A stretch of 63,329 bases of DNA, counting the filler, from Chiloscyllium plagiosum (taxonomy: Eukaryota), in NCBI RefSeq assembly GCF_004010195.1. It is 3 parts of one record of this genome, joined end to end, with 100 filler letters (N's around TTAATTAATTAA, not from the genome) between each part and the next. Parts side by side here need not be neighbours in the genome. Positions count along the whole stretch, not along the records: positions 1 to 31,339 come from NC_057714.1; positions 31,440 to 52,063 come from NC_057714.1; 1 more part is not named here. The stretch is one strand, 5' to 3'. Made by a program: the position numbers and the translations under genes. Position 1 is the stretch's first letter. Every line of letters begins with the position of its first letter. Under the pieces are notes generated by a model that worked only from the letters and a program-made list of their open reading frames with translations, was not told the origin of the DNA and made no database searches. This document shows positions 22,686-35,936 of this stretch, in pieces.

Positions 22686-23546
22686 TGTGAGGATATTGGT
22701 AAATATCTGGTTATTTACAAAGCTTCAAAATCATGGTAAACTTGTAACTTCAGTGTTGCACAAACTATCATTTTGGCCACTTGTAGTTCTATATTTGTTT
22801 GCTGAGTGGAATAATATAGAGATCTGAGCAAATTAAGGTTTGGAAAGATGTGTGGCAGAATCGCGTGATAAGGTGGTGAGGCCCATTGCAACATCAAGGT
22901 AATCTCACTCCATCTTTTACGCTTTTCGTAAGCAGCGTGGTGAGATACAAACTGGAAGTTGTCTGTCCAATGTTATATAAAAGCTAGTCTTCCATTCAGT
23001 GAACATTCAGCTTGTTCATAATGCAAACTAGGCAATGCCCTTGTTCATCACTGGAAAGGGAATCACAGGGAAAAATCTGTAACACATTTTCTTCAACTGA
23101 TGCTTCAACACCTTAAGTTCATCTTTTAGCCATTTTCCCAAAGTGGACCTTTTCAGCAGGACTTTATCAGAAACTTCAGCTGAGTAAAGAAATCCATCCC
23201 AAACCAGTCTGAATTTTCCTGAAAATTGTCAGACCTTAAGCAACAAAGCATTAAAAAACAAAGGATATTTATGAAAGACAGTTTTTAAATAGATCTACTA
23301 TTTTTATCCAGTGGTCAAGATTTCCTGTTCTTTCTTAACATGGTGCTTTACCTCATGATTGTTGGCTATACTTCTGCAGGTTGTCTCAGGTAACCTGGCC
23401 TCATCCTCTACCATAATTTGTGGCTGTTTGAAGGGGGCACCCAGAGTTCTGGAATGTACAGTGGGTCAGGAGACCATTAAACGTAAGAGTAGAAATAGGC
23501 CATTAGATCCATCGAGTTTACTCTGCCATTCACTGAGGTGGGGTTT

Positions 23547-23746
23547 TGATTAGAGTGGTGCTGGAAAAGCAGGTCAGGCAGCATCCGAAGTCGACATTTC
23601 AGGCAAAATTTCTGATTCCTGATGAAGGGCTTTTGTCCAAAGCGTCAATTTTCCTGCTCCTCGGATGCTGCCTGACCTGCTGTGCTTTTCCAGCACCACT
23701 TGGATCTAAACTCTGGTTTCCAGCGTCTGCTGTCCTCACTTTTACC
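23547..23746. mobile_element. Inverted Penelope-like terminus pair with decayed hammerhead, inserted in an old CR1 3' end (about 23480-24130, minus)
   Basis: CTGATGAAGGGCTTTTGTCCAAAGCGTC core. Flanked by CCATTCACTGA(G/A)GTGG at 23526-23541 and 23747-23762. Confidence 0.8.
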
Positions 23747-24794
23747 CCATTCACTGAAGTGGTCTTAATTTGACTGTCATCAGCTCCACTTTCCTGCCTT
23801 TTCCCCAAAACCCTTGATTCCTTCATTTGATTTATCCTTGATTTGGCTATCTCAGCCTGGAATGTATTTAATAACATAGCTGCCACAATCCTCTCTGGGG
23901 AAGAACTTGCAGAGGTTTACTCGCCTCTGAAAGAAGAAATTCGTCCTTATCTCTGTCTTGAATTTGGAACCCTTTATTCTGAGATTATGTCCTCTGGTTC
24001 TAGACTCACTCATCAAAGGAAACATCCTCTCAGCATCCACTCTGTTAAGGCTCAGAATGATCTTATGTTTCAAGGAAGTCTCCTCTGATTCTTCTAAATT
24101 TCAGTGAGTACAGGCCCAACCTACTCAACACAGTACAGATGGACTTTAGCTGTCACTATCCCACTGATGTGCAGCACTGTTATTGATCAAGAGTTCTCCC
24201 TTTAACTCCACTCACTGAGCTGCAACTGGTGAGACAGCAAATGAATCACAATCTGAGAGAGGAGGGAAATATGAATTTGCAGAAAGGGATGGAAATAATG
24301 AGAGGTCATATCATGATGGGGGTGGGTAAGTGCTGATGAAGTGTGACAGTGAAAGGTTATACTTGTGAGGGTAGGGCTGTGAGGAGAGTGTTTTATTAGG
24401 TCTTTCATTTGCAGTGAAGAAGTCAGTGACTTGTATCTCCAAGTAAATTGTTTGGTTTTGCTGGCAGTTGTCAGAAACATATTCTGACAGTCCTGTGGAC
24501 TGAGATTTGTAAAAAACAGCACTGTCACTGTCAGGGCTATTCATAAGCAGCAGGAATGGATATAGAAAGCTGCTGCAAGGATTTGGTGCAAAGTACTTTG
24601 GAGTGATTGTTACTTGGATTTGGGCAACACATGTAGTCAGTTCCACTTAAAAACTGCCTCTGATCATAACAGATTAGTCTGTAGTATTTAATAAGACTGA
24701 TATCAGTGTAATTGTTCTTTTGTTGTCAACAAACAGCAGTTAATATAAAAGAATTAAAAGCAGATGCTTTCATAAAATCTGTACAGTTTGAAAG

Positions 24795-25115
24795 GGGACC
24801 ATTCAGTTCATCAAGCCTGCACTGAGCTTCAGAGCATTCCACTCAGACTCAGCCCCCTATCTTATCCCCGTAACCCCACATTTACCATTGCTAATTCACC
24901 AAATCTGCAAATTCCTGAAGGCGACAGATAATTTCAGCATGGCCAATCCACCTAACCTGCACATCAACTGTGGGAGGAAACTGGTGCACTTGGAGCAAAC
25001 CAATGCAGACATGGGGAGAATGTGCAAACTCCACACAGACAGTCACCTAAGGTTGTAATTGAACCCTGGTCTCTGGTGCTGTGAAGTATCAGTGCTAACC
25101 ACTGAACCACCATGT
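24795..25115 (-). mobile_element. HE1-like SINE (older)
   Basis: Degenerate head and body. Confidence 0.8.
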
Positions 25116-25606
25116 AGCCCATACTTTGGTGGTCGTAGATATTTTGATCAAAGGTCAAGGAGGAAAGATTGAAGGCAATGTTCATGGGACAAGAAAGCTG
25201 AAGTTTGAAGGGAAAATCTGAGATTGGCATGGGTTAGAATTTGAGGCTGTGAAGTAGGGTGGTGGAAAGGGAAGAGTTAAGTTAGAGGTTTGGGGTGTTC
25301 AGAAGGACCGCTGAGCTTTCAATGAATTTGGACTTCAGAGGAGTAGTCTTTCCACTGTCTTGACATTTAGGTAGTAAATTAGGAAAATCTACCTCTTGGT
25401 CATAGACAGACAGTCTTGAAGTACAGTTTCCTGAATACTCATACCAGCTGCTTCAGGGAAAAGCACCCTTAAAGTACTGAATGGATTTTTTTAAAATGCC
25501 TATTTCTATAGCCAGTTTATAAGTTATGATGGTTAATTTATTCCAACATAACACTGCTAGTAGCAGAATGGTGCAGCAGGAGCGTGCTGGGTCAATTAAC
25601 CAGAGG

Positions 25607-28600
25607 CCATAGAGATGTACAATACGGAAACAGACCCTTCGGTCCAACCTGTCCATGCCGACCAGATATCCCAACCCAATCTAGTTCCCCTGCCAGCACC
25701 TGGCCCATATCCCTCCAAACCCTTCCTATTCATATACCCATCCAAATGCCTTTTAAATGTTGCAATTGTACCAGCCTCCACCACTTCCTCTGGCAGCTCA
25801 TTCCATACACGTACTACTCTCTGTGTGAAAGGGTTGCCCCTTAGGTCTCTTTTATATCTTTCCCCTCTCACCCTAAACCTATGCCGTCTAGTTCTCGACT
25901 CCCGCACACCAAGGAAAAGACTTTGCCTATTTATCCTATCCATGCCCCTCATAATTTTGTAAACCTCTATAAGGTAACCCTTCAGCCTCCGACGCTCCAG
26001 GAAAAAAAGCCCCAACCTATTCAGTCTCTCCTTATAGCTCAAATCCTCCAACCCTGGCAACATCCTTAACGTCTGCTAAGATTTGCTTTCCCAAAATGCA
26101 GCACCTCGCATTTTTCTGAATTAAACTCCATCTGCCACTTTTCAGCCCACTGGTCCATCTGTTCAAGATCCTGTTGTAATCTGAGGTAACCTTTTTCACT
26201 GTCCGCTATACCTCCAATTTTGTTGTCATCTGCAAACTTACTAACTGTACCTTTTATGCTTGCATCCAAATCATTTATATAAATGACAAAAAGTAGAGGA
26301 CCCAGCACCGATCCTTGTGGCACTCCACTGATCACAGGCCTCCAGTCTGAAAAGCAACCCTTCACCACCACTCTCTGTCTTCTACCTTTTGAGCCAATTC
26401 TGTATCCAAATGGTTAGTTCTCCCTGTAACCTGAGAGATCTAACCTTGCTAACCAGTCTCCCATGGGGAACCTTGTCGAACACCTTACTGAAGTCCATAT
26501 AGATCATATCTACTGCTCTGCCCTCATCAATCCTCTTTGTTACTTCTTCAAAAAATTCAATCAAGTTTGTGAGACATGATTTCCCATGCACAAAGTCAAC
26601 TTGACTATTCCTAATCAGTCCTTGTCTTTCCAAATACATGTACATCCTGTTCCTCAGGATTCCCTCCAACAACTTGCCCACCACCAACATCAGGCTCACT
26701 GGTCTATAGTTCCCTGGCTTGTCTTTACCACCCTTCTTAAACAGTGGCACCACGTTAGCCAACCTCCAGTCTTCCAGCACCTCAATTGTGACTATTGATG
26801 ACACAAGTATCTGAACAAAAGGCCCAGCAATCACTTCTCTAGCTTCCCACAGAATTCTAGGGTACATCTGATCAGGTCCTGGGGATTTATCCACCTTTAT
26901 GCATTTCAAGACACCCAGCACTTCCTCCTCTTTGGTATGAACATTTTTCAAGATGTCACCATCTATTTCCCTACAGTCTGTATCTTCCATATCATTTTCC
27001 ATAGTAAATACTGATGCAAAATACTCATTTAGTATCTGCCCCATCTCCTGCGGCTCCACATTAAGGCTACCTTGTAAGACCCTATTATTCTTACAGATCT
27101 TTGAGTAGCCCTATTCTTTCCCTAGTTACCCTTTTGTCCTTTGGGTAAAAAACCCTTTGGATTCTCTTTAATTCTAGTTGCCAAAGCTATCACATGTCCC
27201 CTTTTTGACGACCTCATTTTCCCTCTTAAGTATACTCCTACTTCCTTTATCCTCTTCGAAGGATTCACTTGATCTATCCTGTCTATACCTGACATATGTT
27301 TCCTCCTTTTTCTTAACCAAACCCTCAATTTCTTTAGTTATCCAGCATTCCCTCTACCTACCAGCCTTCCCTTTTGCTCTGACAGGAATATACTTTCTCT
27401 GGATTCTCGTTATCTCGTTTCTGAAGGCTTCCTATTTTCCAGCCATTCCTTTACCTGCGAACGTCTGCCCCCAATCAGCTTTTGAAAGTTCTTGCCCAAT
27501 AACGTCAAAATTGGCCTTTCTCCAATTTAGAACTTCAACTTTTAGATCTGGTCTATCCTTTTCCATCACTATTTTAAATCTGTTAGAATTATGGTCGCTG
27601 GCCCCAAAGTGCTCCCCCACTGACACACCAGTCACCTGCCCTGCCTTATTTCCCAAGAGTAGATCAAGTTTTGCACCTTCTCTCGTAGGTATTTCCACAT
27701 ACTGAATCAGAAAATTATCTTGTACACACTTAACAAATTCCTCTGCATCGAAAACCTTTAACACTATGGCAGTCCTAGTCTATGTTTGGAAAGTTAAACT
27801 CCCTTCCCATAATCACACTATTATTCTTACAGATAGCTGAGATCTCCTGACAAGTTTGTTTCTCAATTTCCCTCTGACTATTGGGGGGTCTATAGTACAA
27901 TCCCAATAAGGTGATCATCCCTTCCTTATTTCTCAGTTCCACCAAAATAACTTCCCTGGATGTATTTCCAGGATATCCTCCCTCAGCACAGCTGTAATGC
28001 TATCCCTTATCAAAAATGTCATTCCCCCTCCCCTCTTGCCTCCCTTTCTATCCTTCCTGTAGTATTTGTATCCTAGGACATTAAGCTGCCAGTCCTGCCC
28101 ATCCCTGAGCCATGTTTCTGTAATTGCTGTGGTATCCCAGTCCCATGTTCCTAACCATGCCCTGAGTTCATCTGCCTTCCCTGTTAGGCCCCTTGCATTG
28201 AAATAAATGCAGTTTAATTTATTAGTCCTACCTTGTCTCTGCCTGCCCTGACTGTTTGACTCGCTTCTGTTCTCAGCTGTACCAATCTCAGATTGATCTC
28301 TTTCCTCCCTGAGTCCCCCCCCACCTTAAGTTTAAATCCTCCCAAGCAACTTTAGCAAATCCCCCTACCAGTATATTAGTCCATTTCCAATTTAGGTACA
28401 ATCCACCTTTCTTGTACAGGTCACTTCAACCCCAAAAGAGATTCCAATGATCCAAAATGTGAATCCTTCTCTCATACACCAGCTCCTCAGCCATGCATTC
28501 ATCTGCTCTATCCTCCTATTCCTGCCCTCACGAGCTCGTAGCACTGGGTGTAATACAGATATTACTACTCTCAAGGACCTCCTTTTTAAATTCCTGCCTA

Positions 28601-28785
28601 ACTCTCTGTAATCTCCCTTCAGAATCTCAACCTTTTCCCTTCCTATGTCGCTGATGCCAATGTGGAGAATGACCTCTTGCTGGCCCCTCTCCCCTGTGAG
28701 AACATTCTGCACCCTCTCTGAGACATCCTTGATCCTGGCACCAGGAAAGCAACACACCATTCTGCTTTTTCGCTGCTGGACACAG
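25607..28785 (-). mobile_element. CR1 LINE, long decayed copy (ORF1 esterase end, APE, RT, 3' UTR)
   Basis: CCFPGARIKDV...HIGISDIG (SGNH-like ORF1), LDLLLGNK...GASDHN (APE), GVPQGSVLGPLLFVIYINDL and KFADD (RT). Confidence 0.94.
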
Positions 28786-28877
28786 CCAATGGATTGAAAC
28801 CATCCTCTGCTATTTGCTCAATGTCACACTGGGCAGCTTTTCTGTAAAATGGTTCTCTGTTCTGTACCTTGCCTTTC

Positions 28878-29192
28878 GGGGTGGCACAGTGGCTCAGTGA
28901 TTAGCACTGCTGCCTCTCAGCACCAAGGGCCTGGGTTTGATTCCCGGCACGGGTGACTGACTGTGTGGAGTTTGCACATTCTCCCCGTATCTGCGTGGGT
29001 TTCCTCCGGTGCTCCAGTTTCCTCCCACAGTCCAAAGATGTGCAGGTCAGGTGTATCGGCCATGCTAAATTGCCCATAGTGTTAGGTGCATTTAAATGTA
29101 GGGGAATGGGTCTGGGTGTGTTACTCTTTGGAGGGTCGGTATGGACCTGTCGGCCAAAGAGCCTGTTTCCATACTGTAGGGAATCTAATCTA
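28878..29192 (+). mobile_element. HE1-like SINE
   Basis: Head, body and (TCTAA)n tail. Confidence 0.9.
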
Positions 29193-30480
29193 ATAAAAAA
29201 AACTTCCTGAAGTTGCAACAATATTAACTACAATATGAATTTCAATGAGTGTGGTCACACAACTATGTAGCTTGCAGTGCTGCTAGAGAGTCCTCAGTAA
29301 ACAATAAATATTTTAATGCCCGAATAACTTAGCACCATGATATTATTTTTTACATATACAATTGTTTGTGAGCTAAGTTTTCTGTTCAGTTGCTGCGTGG
29401 AGGTATTGAAGGAAAATAGGCTCATCTTCAAATTTCGTGACCCAACCCAATTTCTGGATAAAAGGTCAATTAGCATTCTTACTGGAGGAGTTAAGCACAA
29501 ATTGCACAACTTTATTTTCATTGCTCTAATTTGACTCGTCATAGTTCTCATGGTAAACATAATTCATTGATGTGTCTGTGTAATGTTGAGACATGTACTC
29601 TACCTCTGGGTAGAGCTTGCACGATAGCATTCCTGAAATGCAAAACTCTAACTCCATAGTAATCAAATGCCTAAATGATAATCATATTCCTTATCTAATC
29701 TGTTTATTGTTCATTCCCCTCAAATTAGTCCTTGACAATTATTGCTGTGTTGTCTTTATCAGTTTTTACCCACATCATTTCTGCTGTCTCCACTCATGCA
29801 GTTATCTCACTCTGTACCAGTAGATTCTCTCTTTCAAGCTGAGCAGGCCAATTACTGGGAAACCATAATCTCCCACTCAGTTTCTATTATTGTCAAGATT
29901 ACAAATTACTCTAACTCTATAAGCTTCATCTTTGTTCTTATTTGTCCCCCTTGTCCTTCTGAATATATTGATTCCATAAGNNNNNNNNNNNNNNNNNNNN
30001 NNNNNNNNNNNNNNNNNNNNNNNNNNNNNNNNNNNNNNNNNNNNNNNNNNNNNNNNNNNNNNNNNNNNNNNNNNNNNNNNNNNNNNNNNNNNNNNNNNNN
30101 NNNNNNNNNNNNNNNNNNNNNNNNNNNNNNNNNNNNNNNNNNNNNNNNNNNNNNNNNNNNNNNNNNNNNNNNNNNNNNNNNNNNNNNNNNNNNNNNNNNN
30201 NNNNNNNNNNNNNNNNNNNNNNNNNNNNNNNNNNNNNNNNNNNNNNNNNNNNNNNNNNNNNNNNNNNNNNNNNNNNNNNNNNNNNNNNNNNNNNNNNNNN
30301 NNNNNNNNNNNNNNNNNNNNNNNNNNNNNNNNNNNNNNNNNNNNNNNNNNNNNNNNNNNNNNNNNNNNNNNNNNNNNNNNNNNNNNNNNNNNNNNNNNNN
30401 NNNNNNNNNNNNNNNNNNNNNNNNNNNNNNNNNNNNNNNNNNNNNNNNNNNNNNNNNNNNNNNNNNNNNNNNNNNNNNNN

Positions 30481-31339
30481 CTGATGCGCATTTCAGCTCC
30501 ACTTACCAGCGTTCCCCCCGTCGCCCTTAATTCCTCTAGACAACAAGAATCTATCAATCTCGGCCTTGAAGACATTTAGCGTTCCGGCTTCCATTGCACT
30601 CCGTGGCAATGAATTCCACAGGCCCACCACTCTCTGGCTGAAGAAATGTCTCCGCATTTCTGTTCTGAAATGACCCCCTCTAATTCTAAGGCTGTGTCCA
30701 CGGGTCCTAGTCTCCTCATTTAACGGAAACAATTTCCTAGCATCCACCTTTTCCAAGCCATGTATTATTTTGTACGTCTCTATTAAGTCTCCCCTTAATC
30801 TTCTAAACTCCAACGAATACAATCCCAGTATCCTCAGCCGTTCCTCATATGTTAGACCTGTCATTCCAGGGATCATCCGTGTGAATCTCCGCTGGACACG
30901 TTCCAGTGCCAGTATGTCCTTCCTGAGGTGTGGGGACCAAAACTGGACACAGTACTCCAAATGGGGCCTAACCAGAGCTTTATAAAGTCTTAGTAGTACA
31001 TCTCTGCTTTTATATTCCAACCCTCTTGAGATAAGAGACAACATTGCATTCGCTTTCTTAATCACGGACTCAACCTGCATGTTTACCTTTAGAGAATCCT
31101 CGACTAGCACTCCCAGATCCCTTTGTGCTTTGGCTTTATTAATTTCCTCACCATTTAGAAAGTAGTCTATGCTTTTATGCTTTTTGCCAAAGTGCAAGAC
31201 CTCGCACTTGCTCACGTTAAATTCCATCAGCCAAATCCTGGACCACTCTCCCAACCTGTCAAGATCCTTCTGCAGCCTCCCCACTTCCTCAGTACTACCT
31301 GCCTGTCCACCTAACTTCGTACCATCGGCAAACTTCGCT
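30481..31339 (-). mobile_element. Young CR1 RT C-terminal segment, open for over 260 codons, bounded by gaps
   Basis: ORF 30493-31284: LQKDLDRL...[15 protein letters not shown]...TRGHSLRI...WNSLP. Confidence 0.92.
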
Positions 31340-31439
31340 NNNNNNNNNNNNNNNNNNNNNNNNNNNNNNNNNNNNNNNNNNNNTTAATTAATTAANNNNN
31401 NNNNNNNNNNNNNNNNNNNNNNNNNNNNNNNNNNNNNNN

Positions 31440-31742
31440 TTTTTAAAAAAAGGGTTTTGTGATTTACACATGAAAGAAGTGAAACTATCACTGTATTCTA
31501 ACAGATGAAAGGCTTAACAGACAATCAATTCTTCAATGTATAATTTCAGTTACATCACACTGCAAATTTTAGCTATAAATTCTGTGTTACGATCGAGCCC
31601 TCTGCAATCACCTGATGAAGGAGCGTCGCTCCGAAAGCTAGTGTGCTTCCAATTAAACCTGTGAGACTATAACCTGGTGTTGTGTGATTTTTAACTTTGT
31701 ACACCCCAGTCCAACACTGGCATCTCCGAATCATGACTACTA
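31440..31742 (+). mobile_element. Penelope-like terminal fragment (family B)
   Basis: Shares its 3' block with 2402-2467 and 38930-39020. Confidence 0.75.
31609..31643 (+). ncRNA. Minimal hammerhead ribozyme motif (family B)
   Basis: CAC-CTGATGA-A-GGAGC GTC GCTCC-GAAA-GCTA-GTG: stem I CAC/GTG, 5-bp stem II, short palindromic stem III region. Confidence 0.75.
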
Positions 31743-34700
31743 TACACAGGTTGCATTGAGAGTATTATATCATAATGCAGCTAAGTTTCATCAGTAGAAA
31801 AGGTTTCCACTTGGTCTTTGTGATCATTGGCACCTCTTAGAAGTCTGTGAAAGGTATCCTGTAAGATGACATGAATGCTATATCCTTGTTAAAGCTCAAG
31901 TTCCTGCATCATTTCAAAGGCCTTACAAGGATGGCTGCTGGGAGTCAATCAGCAGCCTTGAAAACACAGAAAGTGATGTCATTACACAGCTCCCTGACTG
32001 AGTTCAATGCTGTTCAATGAAAAAAATGCAGCCTGTTCTTCTCACCACGGACTGTGTGTAGTGAACAGTGTTCCTCCACAAGGTGAGTGTCCAATGCTTA
32101 GGTCAGTCTGGGGAAGTCTTGCAGTACAATCCAAGCAGAGTGTGCTGCATACTCCTTACACACTGTGTCCTGCATAACTGGAACAGGCAAAGCATGGATG
32201 TGATGAACACTGAACAGCTAGGAGAGTAGCAGCAGTCTTTTGAGGAAGAATGTAATGACATTGAGCAGGAATAACATCACCGTCACCCTGATAGTGCAGT
32301 GTCATGTGTAACAAGCTAGACAGGACTTAACTGATAGCTGCTTTCAATACGTCAATTAAGTCCTGTCCAGCTTGTGGGTGAAGAGTTCAATCATTGACTG
32401 TAAATTTGTTGTTGCTCAAAAGGAAAGTAGACCTTGTTTAGTCCCAGAAACAAATGAAGCTTTTTACAGTGTTGTCCTTTCACTTTCCCTGTTATTTAAT
32501 AACAGTTAATATAAACAACTGATGCTGCCATATTCAAGAGCAAAAGATGTTATGTTGGCATAGTTGTTAAGGAAAATGAAGTGGTGCTGAGAATGGGTAG
32601 CTTCTGTAGCTTTATCATGTGGCTGCTGCTGATAAGACAGATGAAGATTTGAAGTGCAAATATATTTACATATGTGGAGTGTCACCCGAGGCACCTATAT
32701 ATACTCAGAAGTTTTCCTTTTTAGTTGCATTCCACTATATCTACTGTAAGGTCTATTTCTGATTGGCAACATTTAACTTCGTATTCAGCTGGACCTTAAC
32801 TATGATGCTAGAGGTTAGAAACCCCAAACACCTTGGTGATAGTGAGCACTTCCACCAAATACTGTGAGATAATGTGAGAGCAGTGAGGTACAGCAGAGAA
32901 TTGTATAAGCTAACCCTCTGTGAAACTCCTGAAATTGACACTAAGCCAATTTTTGGAAGAATTCAGCCTAAAGTTAATCAGGGAGGGAACTAAGTTCCAA
33001 GAGGAGATAGTGGAGTGAAGAAACCATTTTGTAAAAACGTTACGCACGTTGACAAAAAAATTGTTAAAGCAAAAGTAATTGGAGATGCAACAATGTAATT
33101 ACCTCAGAGTATGTGTCATTGCATGCACTTTTCTTTCTGCAATGTTACTTCCAAACTGTGGGACATGATATCATCAAGATCTTGCTGGATCTTAAGGGGC
33201 AGCTTATTGTCACTGCTGGATCTAAACTAGACTCCAAAGAAGAGAAGGTTATAAAAGTCAGACTGCATGTAAGTTGGATGTATTGCCAGGATCAGACAGT
33301 GTCCCTGGCAGGGCTGGGTGGAGGGACGTCTCCTGTTATCTTGTCTGACAGCAGCTTGTCACATAGATGTCCTGGGCCTCCTCCTGAGGGGGCACTAAGC
33401 CAGTTGTAATTTAGCAGAGAGAGAAAAATGAGGTCCTGGAATTGACAATTATTGATTACCTAAGGGCCTCAATAGACTTAAAGGTAAATGGGTTGCCTAA
33501 TACCTTTACCATCTCTCATAAAATGGGAGAAAGAGGTAGAGGTCAGAGGGAAGTGAGAACAGGGGTTTTGTTGCCATGTTGTATTTTAATAGCTACCTCT
33601 CATCTGCTAATGCAGACTGTTAAAAATACAGCCTCTTTTATTTTATCATTCCAGTCACCATTTTACATTCCCAATAGTAGATCCAGTCAAGAACCCATCA
33701 CAAATGCAGTGCTCTAAATTTGACCAATGTGGTGATGAGTAAGTTGATACCCAAATTCAGAAATTATGGAATCATGTTAGATTGTTTATATATATGTCAT
33801 TACTTATGAGAGAAGAAACAGATGGTTTGGGGTTTTCACCTTATTGCACACCTGGATCTCTCATGTTACAGTTATTGCCAGCTTCACATCTTGAGCTGGT
33901 AAAATTATGTTGTTTTCAAGCAGCAAGTTCCTTTTTTAGTTGCTATTATTTTTGCTACTGTGTAAAGCTGTGTCACATATTAATATGGACGAGATTAAAA
34001 AAGTACTCCTCTGGACATGAGCTGTAAACCCGAAGGCACCTTCACGTTGCAGCTGAACAGCTCTTACAATGCTGCGTGAAAGCCCGCAGATTAGCGGTGC
34101 TTAGAAGCAGTAATTTGATGCAATTTCAGACTGCTTGAATTGCTGTCTCGTGTCAGTGTAGGACTCTGTTATTCCAGCAGACCTTCTCATGCAGTTTCCT
34201 TCCACACTTGCCTTTAGCTCAGCTGTGGTCACTAATAGTCTTTGTATTGTTTTAATGCTGGTTTTGTATAGTCAAGCTTGTCGAGTGCAAAGAAAAAGAC
34301 CAGCCAGAGGGCGAATTCACCACAGTTAGAGGTTTATTCAGATCTGATACTTCACAGTGTGCTGTGTGAAGAAAATAGACAAAGCTCAAGAGGCACTGCT
34401 CTATTCATCTATATAATAGTAATTTTTTTTTGCCACTGGAGACTCAAGAAGATTTGTACAGATTGGTCCAGCTTTTACTAGCATTGAACGCAATGCTTCT
34501 GGGTGAGTTAATGTGAGAGAATAACAAAAGACAGAGCTGCAACATGAAAGCTATCATTGTTTCTTTAACTATGCTGCTTTCCATCACGCTTTTACCTAGC
34601 TAGCATAATACAATTGCAAAGTGTGATAGACTTGAATGACAAAGAGGTAACAGTCTGGTCATAGCGTATCTTTCCTTGTAGACTACCGACCCTAGTTTTT

Positions 34701-35936
34701 CAGTGCCTCCATTATAATTCAATGCTTCCGTGTCTTAATTGAATGATTTTCTTCCTTGATTTAACGGGTTTGCAAAAGAATCTGTATCACAGGATTACAT
34801 TGTTTGATTTCAGTATATTTTAATGAATGCAATGATGGCAAACGTGAATTTGTCATTTGCTATTTACTATTGTATTCTTTAGTTGGAAATTCTGCTCAGA
34901 TGGTGACTTCATAGCTGCGTTTACTTTTTGAGGGCACCTTTTGCATTTTTTTATTGCACTTAATGACCAGCTTTTGGGTTGACTACACTTGCAGTTTATA
35001 CATATCTATTCTCAGTGTTATTGATTACCTTTTTAAAAGATGTGCTAAAGCTGCAGGTAAATTTCATTGATCCATGGCATGCAGTGCAGTGTTTGGTGGA
35101 ATATTTAAGATTTATTCGGCTCTAAGTAAAGAAACAACAGTTGCTGGATTTGTTTTTGTGTTTAATACTGATTTCTCCTAACATATAAAATGTAGCTACT
35201 GGAATATCAAATTATCTATTAATGTTATGTATTCCGCCCATAAATATGTGTATATATATATATAAAACACACAAGTCTTACATGTTCTTGTAGACAGGAG
35301 CCAGGGTTAACAAAGGTTACCATTAGCTAAGTGAATCTATCACTTCACATTGCACCCCAATACTTTAAACGGGCAGGAAATCTCTTTTTATTGCATTTTT
35401 TTGTGTGTTTATGTAAGAAAAATTATACAAGTGCTCGGAAATGAAAAATTACAGTCGTGCAGCACACTGATTGGGTCCTCAACTTCGAGAATGACATTTT
35501 CCATTAGGACTGAAATTAAGTCTCTGCTACTGAAGCTGTTGTCTGTTTGCTGATTTCAACACACATCAGTATTTTTCAACATCTTCAATAAAAGAAATCT
35601 ACTGAGTTACAAACTGCAGATGTTGAAAACATGTCTGATAATTATTGTCTGGTACATATCATAAGATGTCATAATGTAGCAATTTTCCAGTAACATATTT
35701 GCAAAACAGTTTTGCTAAAAGGTATTGTTCTAATGCCTTGAATTTCTAAAATACTTCATGATGACTCTAAAAGAGAGAATATCTTAAAGAACAATGTCCC
35801 TGGGTGCTGCGAAACAGACTGTCTTTTCTTTTCTTATTTTCACACCACGCATCAAACTTAAATGTAGTTAAAAGTTGAATATATGCCAGTAGAAAACTTA
35901 TTCAAGCTGGTCAAAGGCATGTCAGTTAGGTCTTAG

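Noticed and set aside
29742..30575. Long ORFs of 198-262 aa
   Set aside because: They read through a 500-N assembly gap.
31384..31395. TTAATTAATTAA island inside an N-run (also at 52108-52119)
   Set aside because: Identical 12-mer centred in two gaps, with stops in all six frames. It is a scaffolding linker, not biology.
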